A DNA stretch of 64,000 bases from Malacoraja senta (Eukaryota). Positions 38,093-50,705 of this stretch are shown here, piece after piece. A program made the translations under genes and the position numbers. How positions within the stretch are numbered: the stretch's first letter is position 1; each line of letters starts with the position of its first letter. Below the pieces are notes generated by a model, which saw only the letters and a program-made list of their open reading frames with translations, ran no database searches and was not told the origin of the DNA. The stretch lies in contig JAXLNO010005313.1 in NCBI GenBank assembly GCA_038087875.1, positions 186,001-250,000 of the forward strand, read 5' to 3'.

Positions 38093-39225
38093 AGTGGTGT
38101 GATTAATGAGTGAAGATGGCATTCAAATAATAAAGTCTTGCAAAGATTAAGCAACTGGAATTTTGCCGCATACTCAGGTTGAAAAAAACTTTAGGTTTCA
38201 TTCCCCTCACGCTCAAGTTATTGTTCTTCATTTAACTAACTCCTATCCTTCATCTGAACCCCCTTTTAAAAGTCTTAAATATTTAGCTCTATTTGAACAG
38301 GTTTAAAACACAAGCCTCCAGAAATATAATTGCGGTCATACAATTCTTCAAATGCTATATACCTAATTTCTTGCCTTACATCAATTAAAAGGTGCCATCA
38401 CAAGCTATTGGTGCTCCTGGCACCCAAGTAGATTTTGGATCCCATGCTTCTGAAGTGGCGGACATGATGCCGATACACTTTCAACATCCAGCCCGCAGAG
38501 TCAATTCAATGCGTCCAGGAAATGTGACATTTTCATCCAGAGGCAGTTTGCTGTCAGATTTCAGTAAGTGTAGTGGATAGTTGAATGGATGTTTTTTATG
38601 GGACAGGCTATATATGCTTGGTCTAGCCCTATCTCTTAATCGTGTGGAGAGCACAGCTACACCTGCAGATCTGGAGCTTTGAGGAGCTTCACTGCAGTCC
38701 TCAAGATGAGATTCCACGATAAGCACAAGACACCAGAAATCCTAGTGTACCTGTCTGTCATCATTTGCTGCTCATCACATGGTCTTCCCATTGTAAGTCA
38801 TGGCCCTTGCCTATAGTACAACACAAGATGGAAGAGGAGTCGCAGGAGGAAGGGTGGTGGTGGGGAAAATAAGTGAAAATAAGCTTGTTATTAATTTGGT
38901 GTTGAGGCAAGTGTGAGGGTTTTAGCGAGTCACTTGGGGACCCATTCTATCAGCTCAAGGTGTGAACAGAGTGGTGGCTCAGGCCACAATGTGCATAGAA
39001 TAATGAATGGTGGCTTCCCATTTTTGCCGCACTGGTACCAACCAATGACCAACAGCACGGGGAGCTAATTTCACCATTTCATTGAGGATTGTAAAGACAT
39101 TGCTCACTATCCCAACAGAACCATCCAAGGAATCACTAGTGTACAAAGAATCTGAACCTGACACCAAATTACCACCGCTGCAACAGCATGTCACAGGCTG
39201 CTTCTAGTATAAACTAAATACTAGT

Positions 39226-39513
39226 GTTTAGTTTAGAATAGAGATACAGTGCGGAAGCAGGCCCACTGAGTCTGTGCCGACCAGCAATCCCTGCACATTA
39301 ACATTATCCTACATACACTAGGGACAATTTACTATTATACCAAGCCAATTAACCTACCAATATGTCTTTGGAGTGAGGGAGAAAACCGTAGATCCCGGAG
39401 AAAACTCACGTAGGTCACAGAGAGAAGGTACAGACAAGCACCATTAGTCAGGATCGAACCTGGGTCTCTGGTGCTGTAAGGCAGCAACTCTACTGCTGTG
39501 CCACCGTGCGCCC
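39226..39513 (-). mobile_element. HE1/V-SINE-type SINE
   Basis: Full-length reverse-complement match to 6486-6790. Confidence 0.8.
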
Positions 39514-40228
39514 AAGGACTCTACATTTGACTCAAATCAGTGTTGCAAGGTTTGTTCTCTGCATTCCCAAAGATGTTAACATATTGTCTCTTCTTGCCTG
39601 AGTGCAGCTTTGACGGCACTGACAAATACACAGATTAATTTAATAGGAAGAGGTGACTGGTCACCCGAGGCAAGGACCAAACCCGAGTCTCTGGAGATGT
39701 GAGTTACTAGCGCTAATTGTGTGCTACTATATTACACAGTGGTCAGACTGTTGACATAAGGATTTATTTGCTTCTGGCAAGAGAAACTTGTAGACAAATT
39801 TTGAAACAATAAATGAGGTAAACTGATTTCACTGGTAGGAGGGTTGGTAACTAGATGTTCAATACTTAAGATAATTGATAAACAAAAATCAAGAAAAATG
39901 TGTCTTTGTTTGATGAGCCTTGTGACCAGAATCAAATTCAGAAGGAACTTTCTAAAGGTAATTGAATATATACTTTTAAATGAAATAATTGCTGAGCTGT
40001 GTGTAAACTCCAGCTGAGTGGCTTAAATCTAACAGAGACCTTCTGTCGAATCAGACAGCTTTTTATTCTATGATTCTGCAGCTTTTTTATATGTAAACCC
40101 AGATTCCATGTTAAATGTTAAAATGTGATCCACAAAGAAATGTGTGGGCATTTATACCAGCAGTTAAATTATAATATAATAAGAAATATTTGAGGTAATT
40201 TCCATTGGTGATTGTGGATTTCAACCTA

Positions 40229-40432
<204 letters not shown>

Positions 40433-43400
40433 TTAAACGACTGCAGAAATATTCTGAGAAACCACTGAATTGGAAGGCCATAGTTAATAATAGTTTCCCC
40501 AAATCACAGATATCTTTCATTTAATACTGCTGAAAACATCATCATACTTTACATTACCCGTTACATTTTTTAAATTGCAATGAATTTATCATCTGTCGGT
40601 GTCAGCTTAACTCAAAGACTGAAGATCATCACTGGGGAATATTTCCTTACAATTTTCTTTAAACTAACTGCAGACATAGATATGGTATGAATACAAATTC
40701 TGACAGTGAGGAAGATATACAAACCCTCTGTACATCAATGGCTAGGTTTCAGATGGAGAAACGCATCTATACTTGAGGCTACAAAAGGAGTTAAATACAG
40801 TATATATACATACAGCACCAAGAGGAAAGATCATCGTAAGTGAGTTCAAGTGAGTTTCATAGCGCTATACAAGCACAAAAGACTAAATACTGCCCTGTTC
40901 TGTTTAATTCCACCATTATATGCTGGAAGAAGGAAGCACATGTCACTGCTAATGCAAGGATCAAAATAGCTGGTCCAATGCAGCTGCTTCCTTTTCAATC
41001 ATGTTGCACTTTCAATGCATGCACTGTTACTCATGAGTCCACTCATGAAGAGCTAATGTACTTATTCAAATGTACCCCTGGCTTCTATTCCAACAAAATA
41101 AAGAACACAATATTACAACACCAGGATTGCTCAACAAAGCATTTGGAGGAAATCTCAATCCTAGATACCCCAATTTAAAATTAACCAATCAAACATGAAT
41201 ATACGAGGATTGTATAAGACCCCATTTTATATCCTGGCTTCACCGGCTAAAAAGTTTACAATCAGATACATTATATGTCAGGCATTGAATGGAATCTCAT
41301 TCGTCAGCCGAGGTTAAAGGTGCGGTTCAAATGAATAATACAACATTTTGAACTGCCAGTTATCCTCTTAAATCTTTTGGTCTCTAGCCCCATGCCACAT
41401 TTTGACGATGCTAATGTATGTATGTATAGCCTCTGAAAATGTCAGAAGAATTCTTGCACAGTTCTTGTTTGATATCTACTTTTTATTCTGATTAAAGTTT
41501 ATTTTGATTTTAAAAAACATTGCGACTCTGTGCTGTTGTTGCTTGACTGCTACCCATTCTTACATAGGGAGTAATTTCATCCAAATGAACCTTGAAGAAT
41601 GAATGCCTGATCGACCTACTTTCTGGACTCAAACATTGGCAGAGCCAGATTGTTTGCAACCTCCAGTGAGCTCTGGCCACATAACCCTAAGACTTACAAA
41701 GATATTCTACAAAACATACAACATTTCGTTAAACAAATCCTACACTCCTCAAAAAATGCAATACAATGCCATTACAGTTGGCATCCCAAATTGGGATGTG
41801 TGGGAACAATGAGTGAGCAGACTGTCTGAGTAAAATGTTCTTGCTGTCTTGCCTTAAGCCGGTCCAGTCCACCATCTGGCTGATGGACTAAAAGTGGAAT
41901 TCAGCAGAAAACCCCAAAGCCCGGATCTGAAACTAAGAGGAGAGGGAGAACATGGAGAATTATCCCTACCTCTTGTCAACCATATCAAAATCATAAAATG
42001 AAATATAATCACTCGCTTTGTAGGCAACAGGCAACCTCCGTGGCAATTTATAGTTGATTCCAGTAGTTACCCCACTCGCCTACTCAAAGAGTAAAACAGC
42101 TCAACAATTCATTTAAAAATATGTAGATTCTTGCTTTTTTTATTTACTAAACATCCAATTAAAATTGTTATGAATGCAATTGTTTCTTTAGCTCAATAAA
42201 TTAATTATTCTCTCAACAGTTCCACCTCCTCATCCTCACAGCTTCTACTGGAATGATTTTGGAATTGCGAAAATTGGAACGTCGTACGGTATTACATTCT
42301 CCTTTTCTCCATCCTTTCTTCATTCCTTTTACTTGCTAAATTCTAGTGCTCTTATAAGGAGGCCCAGAAACACAGTAATCCAAGCTGACAAGTTCAGTAA
42401 TTCCATTTACCCCACATTCCAAAAATGTGAATTACCATTCCTGATCTGATTTCAGAAATGATTATTATGCAGACTCCAATAACACGTGGAGCAAAGCTAT
42501 GCGCTCTCACCTCAATTTTGTCCTTTTGTCTCAGTGCCTGCTTTTCTATTACTCCATATTTTGACATGAATAGTTTTAGTGCCATATTATTTCCTTGTAA
42601 AAATAATTGTGCATAAATTAAAAAATTCAGTTAATTATGTATAGTGCAACATGAAGGCAAATTTAACATGTTCACAAAGAAAAATAATATTCACCAATAT
42701 TTTGTAGCCAACTAACCAAAGATCTAGCAACAAATACTTGTTCCTGAAGCTGTCACAAACCCTCAGTGATGAGGTCCTGCTGCTGTCAGTGTTACTATAT
42801 GCAGAAGGGTTCAGAACAAGTCAGCCCCAAAATCAGCTGAAAAACCTTTCCGTGGTTCAGTTTATCCCTCCAATTCAGCCAACTGTGAAAATATGGAAGC
42901 ATTGAAAATCTTTTAATCTTAATGAGTCCAAATAAACATACCAAGACAAGGGGAGTCTTCTTCTCACATTCATAAATGATAGAAAAGGGCTTGAAAATGT
43001 TTTTGTCTGATCAAATATTTTTAACTGCTACACAAATGAATTTTATTCAAAACTTGAATGAGCTACCTATGCAGAGCACTTATGGAAACTCTTATTCGTA
43101 GGCGCTTTTGAACATGTGTGTAATGCCAGCTGGTGTATTATACATTATCGCTCAAGGTGACAGCACATATACACACAACATACAGTCAGTGTAGATTTGG
43201 CTGGAACAAATTCCAACCACCAATTCCAACCAGCAAGACCCACCTCCATCTAAGCCTCAGCCTTGAAGGCATCCATTTTCCTTAAGGCTCATCTCTGTTC
43301 CCTTTATTCACCAACTGTTTCAACCAACCAATTTTGCCCCCGCCTTAGCTAGACTCTCCAATTTGCTTTCATACCCTGCTGATGTTATAGATCTTTGTCT

Positions 43401-43935
43401 CTCTCTCCCTGCCCTCCAACTCCTCCACTACATCAATCTTCTCCTAATATCTTCGGAGTATTGCTTTCCATGATTACCTATCGGTCACTCTTGCCTTGAT
43501 TGTTGCATTGGCATCCCAGGCTTCCTCTCATAAACATCTTCCTCCTCTCCTGGCTTTCCCTCCCGCTCCTTTAAACTCTCTCACCTCTATGAAAAACGGA
43601 TAATTTTAATACCCACATAATGCATGTATGGACTCTCTGAAAATATTTCATGAGACAGTATACCCATGAGCTAGGTCAGATTTCAAACTTAGCTTTTCCC
43701 TCTCCACATTTGTTGCCCGGCCAGGTTTCAGATTTTCTGCAACAGCAGAGCTGTCTGCTTTGCAATTCCAAATTTGCTTTTCTTTTTTTCACGCTCTCAC
43801 TTTATTTGCCTCCATCTACTCTCCTCCATACAGATTAGCTGCAATCAATAAGCCTTCACCACCCCTCTTTGCTGGCGCCATCACAGTCCTTCCTGGCTTC
43901 GTCCCTACCACAGATGTTCCTCTGGTTCTCTCTAA

Positions 43936-44621
43936 AGAGGCTGTCCCACTTGGGTGACCTAATTGGCGAGTTTAGAAGAGTTTAGGAGCGTTTGTAAAAA
44001 TGCCACGTTGAAGACCTCCTTCGACTATGTAGAAGACCCCCTTCGACTATGTTGAAGACTAGCTTCGACTAGCTACGACTAGCTACGACTAACTTCGGGA
44101 AAATTGGAAATAGGAATAGTGGAGAGTAAAGACGACCTCCTTCGATCTCCTTCGACCTCCCTTCGACTATGATGAAGACTATCTACGACTACCTTCGACT
44201 ACCTACGAATAACATGATGACTAATTTCGGGAAAATTGGAAATAGGAATAGTGGAGAGTAAAGACGACCTCCTTCGATCTCCTTCGACCTCCCTTCGACT
44301 ATGATGAAGACCATCTACGACTACCTTCGACTACCCTCGATTACCTACGAATAACATGATGACCGACTACACTAAACCTATGAGTAAAAAAAGTATCGAT
44401 TTTTTTCCATGGCGACCTTTTTTTAACTTGTGGGCATTTTTCAACATGTTGAAAAATACGCTGCGACCTAGCTGAGGCTTCGAATACACGGGGACTACTC
44501 TCGAGCATGAAGGAGAGTTACAAAGACATCCTACGACCTCGTGTCGACCATGCTGCGAGTATGAGTCGAGGGCAAACTCGCCAGAACTCACAGATTAGGT
44601 CGCCCAAGTGGGACAGCCCCT
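43936..44621. mobile_element. PIF/Harbinger-type MITE, 686 bp, 28-bp TIRs, TAA TSD
   Basis: Left AGAGGCTGTCCCACTTGGGTGACCTAAT versus right reverse complement AGGGGCTGTCCCACTTGGGCGACCTAAT; TAA at 43933-43935 and 44622-44624; no ORF. Confidence 0.85.
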
Positions 44622-44991
44622 TAACCCTCTCACTTCTCTGCAACTAGTTTATTTCTCACCTTTCCTTGTTCTAATAAAATAAAAACTAAAATTACGTCAA
44701 ACAGAATTCATATTAAAAATGTCAATATATAAGCTGCGAAGTAAATGCGAAACAGATGTCATTGGATCTGTGGGGTATTTCCAACACTCCTTTTGGTTTC
44801 AGTTCTTTGTAACAGCTGTGACCTGCATTTCACAGATTTTCTATGATTTCCCAACTTCGAATTCACCTCATTAATCTACCAATGAGGTGACTGTGAACAA
44901 TGTATTGCTGTGGCAACCCTAACATCATCCTAACAGAGGTATTCACTTTGTTCTACCTATGCTGCTGCCCACCACCTCTTCCCCACCTTCA

Positions 44992-44997
44992 CTCTCT

Positions 44998-45043
<46 letters not shown>

Positions 45044-45277
45044 ATCTCTCTCTCTCTCTCTCTAATCTCTCTCTCTCTCTCTAATCTCTCATCTCTCTCT
45101 CTCTCTAACCTCTCTCTCTCTCTCTCTAATCTCTCTCTCTCTCTCTCTAATCTCTCTCTCTCTCTCTCTCTAATCTCTCATCTCTCTCTCTCTCTAACCT
45201 CTCTCTCTCTCTCTCTAATCTCTAACCTCTCTCTCTCTCTCTCTCTCTCTAACCCCTCTCTCTCTCTCTCTAATCTC
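44992..45277. repeat. Interrupted (CT)n microsatellite
   Basis: (CT)n with TAA/CAT interruptions, running into the assembly gap. Confidence 0.97.
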
Positions 45278-45453
45278 NNNNNNNNNNNNNNNNNNNNNNN
45301 NNNNNNNNNNNNNNNNNNNNNNNNNNNNNNNNNNNNNNNNNNNNNNNNNNNNNNNNNNNNNNNNNNNNNNNNNNNNNNNNNNNNNNNNNNNNNNNNNNNN
45401 NNNNNNNNNNNNNNNNNNNNNNNNNNNNNNNNNNNNNNNNNNNNNNNNNNNNN
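45278..45453. other. Assembly gap (176 N)
   Basis: Run of n. Confidence 0.99.
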
Positions 45454-46879
45454 GTATTAAGTTCTCCAATGTTAAGTCTGGCTTTCTTTCTGATGGTATC
45501 AGAATTGGTTATTTCTGCCTGTCACCATTTTGGCTCAGTTTTTCATTTTCTATCTGTAAGGTTTATCTGTACGTGTCCTACAGTTTTACTGATAACACAT
45601 TTACACAAGTAACATTTATCTACTACTTTACCATCACATTTATTCATTTGATCTCACTCTATCAGAAATGTTCTTTGTTCTACTCATAGGACCCATCGTC
45701 ACTGCTGCTGATGTTGGAATATTGAGCAAAACAGTGATGGAGCAACTCAGTGGGTCAGGCAGCATCTGCGGAGAGAAATTCTTCCGTCTGAAGAAAGATG
45801 CCGACATGAGATGCCATCTGTACATTTCCCTCCACAGATACTGCCTGACCTGCTGAGTTTTCTCCAGCACTGTCTTTTTTGGTCTCTTTCAATGTTTTAT
45901 TGAAGGATCTTGCACCTGTAATGTTAATTGATTCTCTCTCCACATATGCCACCTGACCTGATGAGTGCTTTCAGCATTTTGTTTTGTTTTATTGCAGTTC
46001 TGGAAGAGCTTAACAATTACAAATCATGCATTTCATGGAGAAAGAGAATGGCATTGTTTAAGCAAAGTATGAAAATTTTTATGGGATAAACAGAACATGT
46101 TTCAGCCCATGGGGATGTTCAGTACAGAGGGAATTAATGATAAAATAGCCACTAATAACTCTGCTCTGAGAGCAAGGCAAATGTGGAACTTCCAGCCTTT
46201 TAAAATGTTTGAAAGGGTTTGGACGTGCATTTTACGGGAAGCAGAGTAGGTGAAGGTGAAGTTGGCAAGCAGCATGTACAGAATCTAAACACCTGTGTGA
46301 ACCTGCTGCACTACGTGACCCAATGTTATGTTGCACAATTCTATATTAAAATTGGGGTGGCGTGGGAATGCGGAAACAAGCATTGTTTCTGAGTAGTCGA
46401 CCATGATTGGGACTTCTGTTTAAAACCAAACATGACCACCACATCAAGTACATCTCTTAAAATAGTCTTTGTAAATTGTAGTAGTGAAGAAATAAATTTG
46501 CACAACATGGACACATCTGACAGGACTTGCAGGCATTTGATGCAAGCAAACACAGTTGACGGTCTTGCTAAGGAGAAATTATAACCAATTCACTGAATCT
46601 TTTCAAGACATAACAGGTACTATGTAAATGGACTGCACCTTGAGACCCAGATAGCACTTGAAAACGTACCATATCCAAGGAAATTGTGGATAATAAATGT
46701 TTATGGTGCAGGAGGTTACATATTCCATTGATATGACCAGTAGAAAGAAGACTGTGACCAAAAATCTGTATTTTGCTCATAAAAAGATTATTGAATGATG
46801 TATCACAGGAGTCCATGCTGAGTCTTCAAATATTTATATAATTTAGTTGGATTAAAGTACAGTTCCACTGGTGGAAACA

Positions 46880-47410
46880 TCACAACATCTATTCTGTTAT
46901 ACCCTTGAGCATCTTATATGTTTCAATAAGATCACACTTCATTCTTGTAACTTTGAAATAATATAGATCATATTTCCTCACCTTTCTTTCATAACCCTCT
47001 CATCCTAAGAATGAGTTGAGTGAATTTCTGTTTGATTGTTTCCGATGTTAGAAGACATGGACTTATTAGTACCTGTGCATCTGAAAGTAAATTTTCCAGT
47101 TTCTAAATTCCGACTCACTTTCAAGAAAGACCAATATAGTATTTGCTTTCCTAATTATTTGCTTCACCTGCCTGCTGCCAACCTTTTGTGATTTAGGCAC
47201 AAGAATACTGTACTTCACTTATCTGCAATCTTTCACTCTCTAGACAATAGTCTACCTTTAGGTTCCCCTCACCGATGTGCATGAGCTCACATTAACCTCC
47301 ATTTGCCAACTTATGTGCCCACTCACACAATCCATCTATATCCTATTGCAGAGTCTGCATATCCTCAGTGTAACATATCCTTCCATCTATTTGTGTCATC
47401 GCCAAACTAT
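46880..47410 (-). mobile_element. Old CR1-type LINE fragment
   Basis: Degenerate match to 12290-12870 (ttatatgtttcaataagatc; ccatttgccaacttatgtgcccactc; gtgtcatcgccaaac). Confidence 0.65.
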
Positions 47411-47487
47411 ATGATTAATTTTGTGTGCAGAATGGCATTTTGGAGTTGAAATTGAAGAACAATTAAAACACAATGAATCCAATGACA

Positions 47488-47808
47488 GGAGCAGTGCTAC
47501 AACTAGTAGAACTGCTGCCTCACAGCACCAGAGACCCAGGTTTGATCACTACCTTGGGTGCTGTTTGTGCGGAGTTTGCACATTTTCCCTGTGACCGGCT
47601 GGATTTCTCCAGGTGTCCCGGTTTCCCCCCACATCCCAAAGACGTGGGGGTTTGTAGGTTAATTGGCCTCTGCAAACTGCCCCTAATGTGTAGGAAGTGG
47701 AAGTGAAAGTCGGATAATGCAGAACTAGTCTGAACGGCTGTTCAATGGTCAGTGTTGTCTTGGTGGGTTGAAGGGCCTGTTTCCATGTTGTATCTCTAAA
47801 CTAAACTA
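47488..47808 (+). mobile_element. HE1/V-SINE-type SINE
   Basis: Match to 6486-6790 with (ctaaa)n tail. Confidence 0.8.
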
Positions 47809-49304
47809 ATACCTAAGAGATGATAGTTTCTGTGAAACAAGTAGTTAATTGGGCGGGAAGGAACTGCAGATGCTGGTTTACGCTGAAGATAGACTCAAAA
47901 TGCTGGAGTTACTCAGCAGGGCAGGCAGCATCTCTGCATAGAAGGAGCGGGTGACGTTTTGGGTCGAGACCCTTCTTCAAATGGCCTCCTCCCTCCGTAC
48001 TTTATTTATTCAATCTGCAATGATATTCCTATTTGCCGCAGCACTTTTTAAAGACATGAGCCCTCATTCAGAAGGACTCAGTAGCTTTGAAGAATAAAAA
48101 CAAACTTCTAAAGTTCGGACAACACGAGAATGTTTTTTTTCCATGCTTCTGCATTGTTTAATAAATGCTGTCGCATTTCATCTTGAATCACAATGTGATA
48201 TTTCAAAACATTTACAGGACAGGGCCTATTGACAACAAAGCACTGTTGGCTTTTGGATTTTTCAGCTGTCTTTGGTAGCTTTGAGAGAGAACAATGTGCA
48301 AAGTTATAATCACGATCCCATTTACCAAACAGCAGGACATACACTCCTCCCTAGTATCAACACCACCAACTCCCAGTTTAACCTTCCGCCCCTCTTAACT
48401 AAAAATGATATAATCATGTGTTTTCTTTGGAACTAAAGGAATTGGAGTGACTTTTAACTGAAGTGTATCAGATTGTGAGGGGCCTAGGCTGAGTAAATAG
48501 AAAGGACCTATTTTCCTTGGCAGTTTGGTCAAAAACCAGGAGGTGTGGATTGAAAGTAATTTTTGAAAAGATTGTATGAGAAAATATTATTTCGCTCAGT
48601 GTTGAGAATTTTGGAATCACTGCTTAAAAGGCTGATAAGAGGCAGAAATCCTTATCCTTCTTGAACTGTATGTAGATGTGCAATTGGAGAGCAATGACTG
48701 GCAGAGCCATAGACCTGGTGCTAAGTGGGAATTGGGTTGAGTAACTCTTTCTCCACTGGCACAGATATGGTGGGTTCAATGGCCTCTAGTAAACTCTCCT
48801 TGATTCAACATTATTATAGCTGAAGAGTATGCATAAGAGAGGAGGATGATAATTAAAGTCGTGAAGGCATTTATTGCCATGCAGTCCATGGGAATTGTCG
48901 CAGGCCAGATCATTAACAATCATGGCTCTGTCATGGTAGTAGAAAGATATATAGTGTTAAGTAATCTTGTCTGGAAATTAGTTTCATTGTTTGAATTCAG
49001 AAGGTGTCATATTGACCCATCTGTCTACATGACCGTGATAAAGAGGATGTAGAGAATGAAATTTGAACAATATTAATGTTGTTGCGCTGTGAGCCTTTTG
49101 CTGTGTCTACTGCTCCCAGGTTGGGAACGAAATTAGAACTACAAACAAAAAAAATTGGATCACAATGTGTAACGTTTGTGTGTGTTAAAACACTGAATAT
49201 CCTAAAAAAAAAAGGGACATTAATTTCTCATCTTCTATGCATCTGATGCACTAACACAGAGAGGCACTTTAGAATGACAGTGACTGGCAGTGACTTTGTT
49301 TAAT

Positions 49305-49607
49305 TTTAGTTTAGTTTAGGGATACAGCATGGAAACAGGTCCTTCATCCCACTGAGTACTTGCTGCCCAGCAATCACCACACTCCAACACTATCCTACAC
49401 ACACTAGGGATAATTTACATTTATAGCAAGCCAATTAACCTACAAACCTGTACGTCTTTGGAGTGTGGGGGATACCGGAGATCCCGGATAAAACCCACAC
49501 AGTCAGAAGGCGAACGTACAAACTCCGTAGACAGCACCCGTAGTCAGATTCAAACCCGGGTCTCTGGCGGTGTAAGGCAGCAACTCTACTGCTGCATCAC
49601 TGTGCCG
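49305..49607 (-). mobile_element. HE1/V-SINE-type SINE
   Basis: (tttag)n tail at the left end, tRNA-like head at the right end. Confidence 0.8.
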
Positions 49608-50189
49608 ACTTCATTAGCCCAAGCAGAAGAAGATCTTTACAACATTTGGGCTGACTTTGTCCTACATTAAAGAGGTCTGTCTGAAACAGGTACCAGATAT
49701 ATGGTATGTGGGGCTAGAGTCCTGCTTTGGTCTCTTTTCGTCCAACAGTGGTTGTGGCTTTCTCTGAGGCTTCTACAATCTGATGCTTAAGGTTTTGATC
49801 GCCAATATTTCTCTTTCCAAATATGCTACCTGACCTGCTGATTACATTTTCTGATCTTATTTCACATTTCCATAAAAACGTATATTGCATTCCCTGCTCT
49901 CTGACATACTGTTAATTTAGGACGCACTCACTGGCACTGACTGGGAGCCTGACACCAGTATTGTGCAGGGTCTCCAAGCAGGTATCTTTCTCTAACAAAT
50001 TCCAGATGTAGTTTTTGAAAACAGTTTACTGAATAGGTGGTGAAATATTTTAGCTGTTAATTTTTGATAGACTCTTGTTTAAGCTGCAGTACCTGACGGA
50101 TACTACAACATACTTAATATACAAGAACCTAAGAAATACCTCACTTAATAAGACCATTTATGACCTTTTATGTCAGCACCACTTCCCTT

Positions 50190-50705
50190 CAATAAGCCCC
50201 TGTTGCTCAATTCACTTAATATCCAAAATTCAACTAACTTCTGTTCGGAATGGTTATTGCGACTCCACAGCTCACATGGGTGGAGAATTTCAAAGGTCCA
50301 TTCCTCTGAATAAAGCAATTTCTTCTCATCTCTGTCCTAAAAGGCTGACCCTTTATTTCGACACTTGGTTCTAGAGCTACCTGTCAGGAGAAACGTCATC
50401 TCTACATCAACCCTCACAAACCCCATAGAAATTTTGTACATTTCAATTGAATCATCTGTCTCTTTTTTTTTAATTCTAGAGTAGAGCCTCTGTCTATATA
50501 AATCTCTCCTGACAGGACAACCCCTGCACTGCAGCAATTGCTCTGGCGAACCTTTGCTGTTCTCCTTCAGCTGTGAGTATAACCTTCCATTGGTAGGAAG
50601 GCATTAAACATGCTAGATGTGGTCTCCCTAGGCCCCAATAATATTGAAACACATCATCTCTATCCTTGTTCTCAAATCCTCTTTCAATAAAGGCCAACAT
50701 ATACC
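50190..50705 (-). mobile_element. Old CR1-type LINE fragment
   Basis: MLAFIERGFENKDRD...LGRPHLAC (ORF 50494..50814) and GSSRTKCR motifs. Confidence 0.7.

Noticed and set aside
44030-44365. Short CGAC repeats resembling a CRISPR or iteron array
   Set aside because: Contained within TIRs and a TAA TSD; it is MITE-internal sequence.
44900-45469. ORFs 44900..45460 and 45215..45469
   Set aside because: Artefacts of the (CT)n tract and the N gap.
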